Shown: positions 1 through 8,514 of the stretch, one piece after another
How the letters are laid out: each line of letters opens with the position of its first letter
Numbering within the stretch: the first letter of the stretch is position 1
Assembly: GCA_008369845.1 (NCBI GenBank)
Contig: MRSU01008502.1
Coordinates: 1-34,363 of the forward strand
DNA: 34,363 bases
Reading direction: 5' to 3'
Source: Trichomonas gallinae
Lineage: Eukaryota
The notes under the pieces: generated by a model
What the model was told of the DNA's origin: nothing
Database searches by the model: none
The model's input: only the letters and a program-made list of their open reading frames with translations
Position numbers and translations under genes: made by a program

Positions 1-2
1 GT

Positions 3-203
3 ACTGTTAAGCGTTATAACTCTAAATGTAAGATTTTCGAATTTTGTGTTTCTTATATAGTAATTTCCTTCGTTGCTATACATAGGTATTCCTTGATCTT
101 TAATCTCATAATTTGTTTCATAAGGATAATACCTTGTCCAAACTCCACTCGACTGATGCTTATCTAGTAAATAACACTCTTTGATGCGTCCGAAACATTC
201 ATA
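3..203 (-). pseudogene. 5' fragment of a possible surface-protein gene or pseudogene running off the left edge
   Basis: 67 stop-free codons (YECFGRIKECYLLDKHQSSGVWTRYYPYETNYEIKDQGIPMYSNEGNYYIRNTKFENLTFRVITLNS) preceded by an in-frame TGA (204-206). It resembles the N-terminus of the 28917 protein (W..Y...GNYY+.N). The only in-frame ATG is internal. Confidence 0.35.
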
Positions 204-553
204 TCATATTTTGAATCATTTACAAGCACATTACATTAAATGTGCTTGTTTAAAATGATTTTAATAGAATATTATCATTGAATATCATAAAAATAAGCAT
301 ATGCATATGATTTAATTCAATATTTTATTCAAAATTTGATTTATTGGCGAAAATATGTAAAATACACTTGTTAATGAACAAATATTGTCGAAAAATAATA
401 TATTTCTTCTTTCCAAAATACCTAAACACAAAAATTGAAAAAAAAAATTATTAAATACTCAAATTATACAAAACTCATTATGTATTTTTGTATAGATGTA
501 TGAGTACTGTATAGAGATAAATCGGAATGGCTTGAAAATGACTCTGTAAAATA

Positions 554-603
554 TGACATGTATAGTTAAATTTGTCATGTAAATATGAATTTTTGTCAAT
601 TTC
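554..603. promoter_or_regulatory. TGACATGTA/TGTCATGTAAA motif cluster upstream of the radical SAM gene
   Basis: tgacatgtatagttaaatttgtcatgtaaatatgaatttttgtcaatttc aligns closely with 26561-26606. Confidence 0.45.
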
Positions 604-691
604 TTCAAATTCGTTTTTTCTATGTTATTTCGATTTTTGGTAAAACATAGATTAATAATTACGGATGAAAATTTGGTGGTGACATGAGATG

Positions 692-699
692 TCACTTTT
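692..699 (+). promoter_or_regulatory. Initiator (Inr) element TCACTTTT
   Basis: Matches the trichomonad Inr consensus and lies just upstream of ATG 704, so the ORF-track start at 689 is probably upstream of the transcription start. Confidence 0.7.
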
Positions 700-703
700 A
701 ATA

Positions 704-2254
704 ATGGCAAATTCTCCCCTATATAAGCAACTTCCTGATAATTACATTCAGTGTGTCTGCTGCTCTCACTACTGCCAGATAGCTCCTGGGAAGCTCGGCA
801 AGTGCCGCATTCGAGGAAATAACAACGGCCAGTTAGTTTTGCCGACATTTGGTAGATATACAGTTGCTATTGATCCTATCGAGAAAAAACCGCTTCATCA
901 CTTTCTCCCAGGCTCAAGCATCTATTCATACGGTACTGTTGGCTGCAATTTTTCATGCCAATTTTGCCAAAATTCTAGCTTGAGCATGTGGAACCTTGAT
1001 ATCGAAGATGTAGGCTGCATACATGAAAGCGATATCGGCAGACTGAAAAGACTTACTCCAGAACGCGTCGTTAATGAAGCGCTCAAAAATCATTGTCAAG
1101 CAATTGCTTCTACATACAATGAGCCAACAGTTTCATCCGAATTTTCATACCAAGTATTCAAATTAGCCAAAGAAAAAGGACTTCACACAGTATATGTAAC
1201 GAATGGATACGAAAGTGTCGAATGCCTCGATTATTTAGCACCATATCTCGATGCAGTTAACATCGATCTCAAATCTTTCAATGACAAGTTCTATATGAAG
1301 ACATGTGGCGGACATTTAGAGCCAGTTTGTAATACAATTCGCCGCTGCTACGCAATGGGAATTCACACAGAGGTCACAACACTTGTTATCCCTCAAAACA
1401 ACGATAGCGATGAAGAACTTACGAAAACAGCTGAGTTTCTCGCAAGTGTAGGAAAAGATATTCCTTGGCACATCTCTGCATACCACGATGACTACAAATT
1501 CGAAGGTTTCGGCCGCACACCACTCGAAACGCTCAAGCGCGCAGCAGCAATCGGCAAGAAAGCTGGATTGCTTTATGTATACATGGGAAACGTCCAAGCT
1601 CCAGAGGCTCGCGTCACCCGCTGCCCGAAGTGCGGCAACTTGCTCGTCGACAGAGTCTGGTTCGGCGCTGATGTCAAGATGAAAGGCGGAAAATGCGATA
1701 AATGCGGCGAAAAAGTCCCAGGATTCTTCTCGGACGCTAACAACCTCAAGCCTAAGCTCACACGTGTCCCAGACCATCTCAGAAACCTCGCAAACGCACC
1801 AGAGCCGAACAAGCCACAAGGAAAGCTTCCATCTAAGTTAGTCATCTACGCATCACAAAATGGAACTGCCCAAGAATACGCTGAGCGCATTGCTATGTCG
1901 CAGGGTGTTGATTGCTTCAACATTGCAGACATCAAGCTCGAGGACCTTCTGCAGGCAGAGTCTGTCGTCTTCGCTGTTGCAACATATGGAAGAGGAGCTC
2001 CTCCTCCATCTGCTGCTGCTTTCTGGGAGAAGGCGAAGGACGTGAAGATCGATTTGTCTGCTTTGAAGTTTGCTGTTCTTGGCTGCGGATCAACAGGCTA
2101 CAAGAAGACTTTCTGCGGATTCGCCAAGTCTATTGAAGAGAAGATGAAGGAATGCGGTGCAAAGGAATTGTGCCCACTCTGCACACGCGATGACCTCGAC
2201 GATGACGAGACATATCCAGAAGTCACCAAATGGATTGACGCCCTCAAAATGTAA
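704..2254 (+). CDS. AmmeMemoRadiSam-type radical SAM enzyme (PFL-activase superfamily) fused to a C-terminal flavodoxin/FMN-binding domain
   Basis: N-terminal CVCCSHYC..GKCRIR; IDPIEKKPLHHFLPG; CxxxCxxC (CNFSCQFC, 944-967); YNEPT; VTNGY; NIDLKSF; YVYMGNV; CPKC...CDKC. Then flavodoxin motifs YASQNGTA, ATYGRGAPP and FAVLGCGSTGY..FCGFAK. Confidence 0.9.
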   Translation: MANSPLYKQLPDNYIQCVCCSHYCQIAPGKLGKCRIRGNNNGQLVLPTFGRYTVAIDPIEKKPLHHFLPGSSIYSYGTVGCNFSCQFCQNSSLSMWNLDIEDVGCIHESDIGRLKRLTPERVVNEALKNHCQAIASTYNEPTVSSEFSYQVFKLAKEKGLHTVYVTNGYESVECLDYLAPYLDAVNIDLKSFNDKFYMKTCGGHLEPVCNTIRRCYAMGIHTEVTTLVIPQNNDSDEELTKTAEFLASVGKDIPWHISAYHDDYKFEGFGRTPLETLKRAAAIGKKAGLLYVYMGNVQAPEARVTRCPKCGNLLVDRVWFGADVKMKGGKCDKCGEKVPGFFSDANNLKPKLTRVPDHLRNLANAPEPNKPQGKLPSKLVIYASQNGTAQEYAERIAMSQGVDCFNIADIKLEDLLQAESVVFAVATYGRGAPPPSAAAFWEKAKDVKIDLSALKFAVLGCGSTGYKKTFCGFAKSIEEKMKECGAKELCPLCTRDDLDDDETYPEVTKWIDALKM

Positions 2255-2659
2255 GTTTTTTTATTCATTTAAAATGATTTTAATACAACTTTTTTTTTAA
2301 TAAATGATGGAGATACGCATAGTCTCATTTTAAATTGTTTTAGACTGATGCAATACTATAAAAGAATGTCATTCGAGATAATTGCAAAATTTTTTGTTAA
2401 TTTTAGCATTTTTGCGGCATTAATTTATGCATTACGCTCATTATTATAATTGATGCTGATGATTCATTTTGTTCAAATCATTCATCAGCAAATGCAATAA
2501 TGCTTTTAATTGTGTCTCTAAATTATAGGCTACATGAAGATAGAGAAAATATTGTATTTAAGGAAGGAAATAATTAGGAATAGAAATATAATAAAATATC
2601 CTATTTTACTCTAAAATCTAAAAAAATCTATGATAAATAAAAATATATATATAAAAACT

Positions 2660-5122
2660 CTATTGTGGATCTGGTTGTGAACATAAGAATGTCAATGTGT
2701 CCAAATTGTTTCTCGCGACAACTTTGACAGGATCAATTCTTCCTGCAAATGCTTTCTGGATCAAATGCGCACTTGCTGATGCTGCTGATTCCTGTTTCAG
2801 TCTCTTTGAGTGATATCTCAAGCAGCTCTTCATCCAGAGAATGATAAGCTCGACTTCTGGTGTCTCTCTGAGCTGCTCTGACAAAAACTGCAAAAAGTCA
2901 GCAACGTATTTTTGCGGCAAATGATTTGCGACGAAATCGATCTGGTCGTCTGGCACAGACATCAAAGCGTCTCTAAGAATCGCGCGCTCTGTATGACCTA
3001 GTCTAACACCTAATGTAACAGCCAAAACGTATTCTCCGTTCTGAATTGCTTTCTTGATAGATTCAGGTGTTACATCAACTTCGAGTTCGATCGGATCAGT
3101 TATGACCTGGTCAGCAGAAATGTAAACTAGCAAACCTTCAGGAGTTGCTGCAGCGAGGCCTCTGCCTGTTGGGCAGAACTTGACGCCGTTAGATGCAGCA
3201 GTAATGACTGGTTTTTCGGCGAATTGTGCTCTAACGATATCATCAGCCTTTCCGCTGCCATGGAATTTTTGAATATATCCTTCGACGCCTGAAAACTCTG
3301 TGTTTCTCGTGTGAGCGAATCTCCTCATCAGGACCTTGTTTGCGACTGAGTAGACGCAGATGAACTTAGTTCTGCCGCCGCAGACAATAAATGAACCGTC
3401 TGGCGAGAAATCTAATGAATCGAAGAACCAACGTGTGTTTTTGGCTGATCTCTGGCCATCGATGAGCTTGCCACCACGAGCATCGTCGACTATGTTCATA
3501 TCTCCGAGATAGCTCTCATCTGCTGTCGTATAGAAAATAATTCTGCCGTTCGAGTTGGCAATGGCCAAAATCTTTCCGTCTGGTGACACTGCTGATGCTG
3601 TGACTTCGCCGTGTGCGTCGTAAGGCTGAGATGTTTGCGTTTCGAGGAAATCCCAAATTCTTACTGTTCCATCCCAGCTGCCTGAAACTAGATGAGACAA
3701 AGGAGTGAACGAGAGGCTGGAGATTGGCTGTGTGTGGCCTGTTAACTCTTCGAGGACTTTTCCTGTTGATATATCCCATAAAATAATTGCTGTGTCCGTT
3801 TTTGTTGATGCGGCAACGATTTCGCATTTAGGGTTGACTGCTACGTGTGTGAATTCGTGTGGAACTTCAGTTGTCATCTCTCTGAAGCATTTTCCTCTTA
3901 CAACATCAAATGCTTTGCAAGTTCCATCGAGACTTGATGTTACAACTGTTCTTCCTGACTCTCCGAAGACAACATCAGTGATTGGAGCCCTGTGCTCGTC
4001 GAATGTCATGAGGCAAGAACCAGAATAAGAATCCCAAAGCTTAAGCTTGCCATCATCGCCTCCTGTTGCGAGAACAATGCCATTTGGAGAATAAGCGAAG
4101 CAAGAAACGCCTCCATAGTGTCCCTGAGACCTCTGAGCGACAGATCCGGTTTGCAAATCCCATACAATGAGTTCACCGAGCTTAGCTGATGTGAAGGCAG
4201 CAAAGCGCTTGGATATAGCTAAAGCCTGAACCTTTTCTGTTGAGAAACGAACAGTGAAGTTAGACATAACAGGCATAGTTAATCCAGGAACCGCGTAAGT
4301 TTTGAAAGTGCCATTTCCATCACCAGTAATGATAACATCACCGTTATATGCACCTACGAGAAGTGTTTGGTACTTTGTTTTTGGTTTATCGAAGTCTTCT
4401 TCATCTAGACGTCTTCTGCTGATGATTTTGATGTTAAACTCATCATCGAGCTCCCAGACGAAGAGAGTTCCGTCGCCGCCGCATGTTGTAATTTGTTTTG
4501 GATTTTCTTTGTCGAAAAATGCGAAAAGTGGCTTTCCACGATGACCAGTAAGTGAAATTGGGGCGAAATTCTCGTTTGGCTCTGTCATCATGATGTGAAC
4601 AGAAAGATCTGATGAACATGTTGCAACTAATTTTCCATCTGGTGAAAATGCGATTGTGTTGATAGCGGCAAAGTGATGATCGCCGATAGGCGGTCGTTTC
4701 TTGATGAATGGTTTAAGCGAATTTACTTCAGATGGATGTTTGAAAAATCTAACTTTGTTTTGAGAGCCAACAATCAGTCCTGTCTTGCCTGGGCCGAATG
4801 CTATGGCTGTAATTTCCTCTTTGAACATCTTTCTGTAGCATAATGTGTTAGATCCGAGTTGTGATATAAATAAATTGTTTTTTGCATCTGATGTAGCAAT
4901 ATAATCATCTTTATCAGATACAGCGACGTGTGTAATTGTTGCTGGATGCTCTATATAGTGTGTTTTGCTTTCGCCGCGCGCACAATCGAAAATAACAAGC
5001 CTATTTCCTTGTGGAAGCAGCAATTTGTCGCCTGAAGGGAGAAATTCTATGGTAGAGCCACTGTAGGTACCACTCAGAAGATTGCTAAAAACAAAATCTA
5101 GAGAGGTTCCTCTGTTGCTCAT
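2660..5122 (-). CDS. PWP2: Periodic tryptophan protein 2 (Pwp2/Utp1), SSU processome WD40 protein
   Basis: N-terminal F.FSNLL.G.Y.G motif; QGH..GVSCFAYSPNG..LATGGDDGKLKLWD; SSLDGT..AFD..RGKCFR; LTGH..PIS; C-terminal Utp12-like helical domain. Confidence 0.92.
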   Translation of the reverse strand: MSNRGTSLDFVFSNLLSGTYSGSTIEFLPSGDKLLLPQGNRLVIFDCARGESKTHYIEHPATITHVAVSDKDDYIATSDAKNNLFISQLGSNTLCYRKMFKEEITAIAFGPGKTGLIVGSQNKVRFFKHPSEVNSLKPFIKKRPPIGDHHFAAINTIAFSPDGKLVATCSSDLSVHIMMTEPNENFAPISLTGHRGKPLFAFFDKENPKQITTCGGDGTLFVWELDDEFNIKIISRRRLDEEDFDKPKTKYQTLLVGAYNGDVIITGDGNGTFKTYAVPGLTMPVMSNFTVRFSTEKVQALAISKRFAAFTSAKLGELIVWDLQTGSVAQRSQGHYGGVSCFAYSPNGIVLATGGDDGKLKLWDSYSGSCLMTFDEHRAPITDVVFGESGRTVVTSSLDGTCKAFDVVRGKCFREMTTEVPHEFTHVAVNPKCEIVAASTKTDTAIILWDISTGKVLEELTGHTQPISSLSFTPLSHLVSGSWDGTVRIWDFLETQTSQPYDAHGEVTASAVSPDGKILAIANSNGRIIFYTTADESYLGDMNIVDDARGGKLIDGQRSAKNTRWFFDSLDFSPDGSFIVCGGRTKFICVYSVANKVLMRRFAHTRNTEFSGVEGYIQKFHGSGKADDIVRAQFAEKPVITAASNGVKFCPTGRGLAAATPEGLLVYISADQVITDPIELEVDVTPESIKKAIQNGEYVLAVTLGVRLGHTERAILRDALMSVPDDQIDFVANHLPQKYVADFLQFLSEQLRETPEVELIILWMKSCLRYHSKRLKQESAASASAHLIQKAFAGRIDPVKVVARNNLDTLTFLCSQPDPQ

Positions 5123-5143
5123 TATTTTCTAAAATTTTGCAAA

Positions 5144-5148
5144 AAAGG
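5144..5148 (-). promoter_or_regulatory. M5-like core promoter motif (CCTTT) of PWP2
   Basis: CCTTT about 22-26 nt upstream of the ATG with no TCA Inr in that interval; M5 is a known alternative trichomonad initiator. Confidence 0.4.
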
Positions 5149-5721
5149 TCACAAAAAAATCAATTTGCAGATTTAGCATTTTCATTGCCTATAAATGCTA
5201 TTTTTCTAATCAAAATTCGAAAATCTTCTGATTTTATTTTTGATATTTTTAAAATTGAAAATTGAGCAATATAATATAGTTTAATGTAATACATTTCACA
5301 TACTAAACATATTATTGATTTAAAAATTATATGTTATCGTTGATTTATTTTTGAATTAAAATTTTTATTAATGATTTTAATATAGCATTAAATAAACAAA
5401 TAGTATATCCATCAAATGGTAAAATTACATTGCAAATGATCGTTGAATTTGAATAAAAAATGTAAAATGAAATATCTGCAAATGTAATAATGGGATATTC
5501 TCAGGAAGTGGTAGAAAAAGATAAATAAATGGAAATGATTAAGGAAATTAAATAATATTTATTCTTTAGGAATAAAAATTAAGGAGAAATCTGCAGTAAT
5601 CATCAAGCAGTTGCCTGATAGATTGATGTTTAACATGCAAGTAAAAAGTTTTTTTTTTTTTTGATTTAATTAAATCAATTGAAAATAATTAACTGTGTGT
5701 TAGTATATTTAATAAAAAAAG

Positions 5722-5788
5722 GCGGCTCAGTTATCTCAAAAGCATCAGCATTTAGATGTCAGACGAGAGGAATAGTCGTCAGAGCCGC
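5722..5788 (-). ncRNA. Putative box C/D snoRNA
   Basis: Minus strand reads GCGGC-TC-TGACGA(C)-CTATTCCTCTCGT-CTGA(D')-CATCTAA-ATGCTGA(C')-TGCTTTTGAGATAA-CTGA(D)-GCCGC. It has a terminal GC stem, all four boxes in order, 13-14 nt guides, upstream Inr elements and a downstream T-tract. Confidence 0.75.
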
Positions 5789-5822
5789 ACTAAAAGATAC
5801 ATACTGCTTCTGGTCAGCCAGA

Positions 5823-5839
5823 AAAATGATGAAAAGTGA
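5823..5839 (-). promoter_or_regulatory. Tandem Inr elements (TCACTTTTCATCATTTT) upstream of the putative snoRNA
   Basis: Inr consensus repeated with no downstream protein-coding ORF of note. Confidence 0.55.
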
Positions 5840-6390
5840 CAAGGACATAACTTCATTTTTTATTATTTTCAAACAGTCACATTAAGTACATCATCTGCAT
5901 TAATATTTTCAAAAATAATCGTTATATGGCCCAATTGCTGTTAAAAATTCTGAATTTTTAGCTCATTCGTGAAAATCTTTCAATAAATCGATAATATTCC
6001 AATAACTCTACATATTTTATTATTTATTTTAGGATTTTACAAATTTATTATATGAAATTTTTGAAAATGATAGAGAAAAATACGTTTTTTTATCTAAAAT
6101 TTTTTTCAAAAAATTGAAAAATAGAGATTTATCCGTGTTATGGTGTTATTCTCCGACTTATGCGGAAATTTTGAGTTTTAAAATTTAACGAATCAAACGT
6201 GACAGCGTGTAAAGGTTATATTTCATCGATTTTCAAGTGCGAAATATTGATTGAAAAAACGGGTATTGAGGCGGAGTTACGTCCCACATACTTTATATTC
6301 ATGTAGATGTGTTTATTAAGCGTTGCTGTATGCTAAAGATTGATGATGAGCGATACAGAAATGTATTGAAATCTTTGTCAAAAATATATA

Positions 6391-7371
6391 ATGTTTGAAC
6401 CGGAAGAGCTTTTTGTTGTTGAAAGCCCAGCATGGACGGTTGATCCAAGTGGAAGCCCCTGCACGGCAGTGGATTATTCCATAGATGGTGCTTTCGTTGC
6501 TTATTCCAACAAACCAGGCATAATTACTATCGCGACATCATATACCGGCGAAATCAAGCGCGTTCTTGAGCAAAAATACACTACAAATCCAATCACAAAA
6601 ATCAGATTCCATCCATTCGAAGAAAACCTTCTCCTTTGCACTAGCAGAGATGGTTTCATCTTTTTATACAACATCGTCAAAGGAGAAATGGTCGAAATGT
6701 CAAGGCACCTTGGCAGCAACTTGCTCGCAATGAACGTCGACTCATTCGGCGAAACATTTGCTATTGCTTGTGCCGATGGATCAATCAGAGTTTATGATCT
6801 TGAGAATCTACAGAGAACTAAAGTCCTCGTTAAAATGGCATCAAGGACATCAGCATCACAGCAAGTTAATATATACGACATCTGCTTCCATCCTGAAGAT
6901 TCGAATGTAATCTTAGCGGCTGGCTGGAATGATAGAGTTCTTTACTGGGATATTCGTACAGGTAATGCAGAACGTAACATTGCCGGTCCACATATTCGTG
7001 GGTCTGGCTTAGATGTCCACAATGATACAATTATTACAGCATCCGCAAGAGATAAGAAGCAAATTGAAATGTGGGATTACGGAACAGGCAAAAAGCTTAG
7101 AGAAATCAACATTAACGTCGAAGCCGCCAAAAAAGATTGCTTCATCAACGCTTGCAAGGTTTCCAGAAACGGTTTGGCTCTTGCCGCTGGTGGTTCTGGC
7201 TGCAACCTTACACAGAGCTTCGAGTTTTCACATGGTACATTTATCGGACAAACAGCTACTTATTCTTCACCAGTTTCATATGTTGCTATGTCTCCATTTG
7301 GATCCAGCTTTGTTACAGGTACAGAAAATGGTGATATTTCTTGCCATATGATCAGACTTAAACCAAATTAA
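6391..7371 (+). CDS. WD40-repeat beta-propeller protein
   Basis: Repeats such as DGSIRVYD, AGWNDRVLYWDIRTG and IEMWDYGTG, plus FHP motifs. Confidence 0.88.
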   Translation: MFEPEELFVVESPAWTVDPSGSPCTAVDYSIDGAFVAYSNKPGIITIATSYTGEIKRVLEQKYTTNPITKIRFHPFEENLLLCTSRDGFIFLYNIVKGEMVEMSRHLGSNLLAMNVDSFGETFAIACADGSIRVYDLENLQRTKVLVKMASRTSASQQVNIYDICFHPEDSNVILAAGWNDRVLYWDIRTGNAERNIAGPHIRGSGLDVHNDTIITASARDKKQIEMWDYGTGKKLREININVEAAKKDCFINACKVSRNGLALAAGGSGCNLTQSFEFSHGTFIGQTATYSSPVSYVAMSPFGSSFVTGTENGDISCHMIRLKPN

Positions 7372-8514
7372 GTTTGATTTTCGTATTAGTAGAACTAAAA
7401 GTCCAGAATCGGAGTGTGAATGTAAACAATTTTACTTTTATTATATATAGGTTTAGTTAATTCGTTATAATATTAGATTTTATTATTGATCAAAAAATAT
7501 CTAGCCTTCATCTCAAATCTTCCTTGACATGTTAGATCTATGACAGAAATTTGTTGGAATATGAACTGTAAAAGTTTCTATCTCGTTAAAATGGAAAATG
7601 AATTTTTCTGACATTGTAATATTTTACATGACATAAATTTGGTTGCATCGTGATTTTATCATTCTATAGATCGTTAATATATAGTTACAATAGGATATTA
7701 CAAATAAATTCATAAAAATGCTTTGTTTTATAGAATCTAAATAGTGCAAACGCTATGATAAATTAATATGGATTGACGATAGTATGTTAATTGCTTGAAA
7801 AGTAACAGGGCATAATCCTTAGACAGTCCAAATTTATGCTCGGTAATTTGTAGACTCAGATATCAGTCCTTAATTTCGATGCCTTAAAAAAACACATTGA
7901 AATATTTGACAATGACATAAAACTTTTTTTACCCGTCAAATTTAGTTGGTTCTTGAAGTTTACGGGCGCAAAAGCATACCAAAAATTTCAAAATCTGAGA
8001 TTACCAGATGAATGAACATTTTTACTTTAAATTATTCTTAAATTTGAATAGAAAATAATCGTAAGTCTGCAAATTACATTTTACGCCCATCAAAATCGAC
8101 GGTTTTACAGTTTTTTTTATTTTGGATAAGAAAAATATCCACAATTTACATATATCGAATATGTTTTCTAGTGAAAAATTACATCAAACGATAATTCACC
8201 TGAATACGATAATTTTTCATTCAATTTCGAAAACTAAAAAATTGAAAACATTATATAAGTCTAATTAGGCAATTTGATTGCGCTCACACGCCCGTAAAAT
8301 GTTTCGAAATGTTCGAAATTTTGAATACTTTACATTTTATCATCAAAACACTTTAATCTCTTTTATTATATAATTATGAGTATATTTCATCAACGTGCCC
8401 TTTATCAAAAAATAATCGTAATTCTTTCAAAAATATTTCTCCCTTTTATAGCATATTATAGCCAACCAAATAAAATTAAAATGGTTAAAAATTGAATGAT
8501 GCCAATTTTGTTGA

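Noticed and set aside
689..703. ORF-track start MSLLI as a targeting peptide
   Set aside because: That ATG lies upstream of the Inr at 692-699; ATG 704 is the more probable start.
2454..2490. 9-bp inverted repeat TGCTGATGA/TCATCAGCA between convergent genes
   Set aside because: Short, AT-rich context and no supporting features; intrinsic terminators are not expected in a eukaryote.
5722..5789. D-armless tRNA-like fold on the plus strand, or a hammerhead ribozyme (CUGACGA) on the minus strand
   Set aside because: No TTC T-loop, an 8-nt anticodon loop and no A/B boxes; no GAAA after the candidate stem II. The C/D reading explains every segment.
5679..5885. 68-aa ORF over the snoRNA
   Set aside because: TTG start, no protein features, antisense to the better-supported RNA gene.
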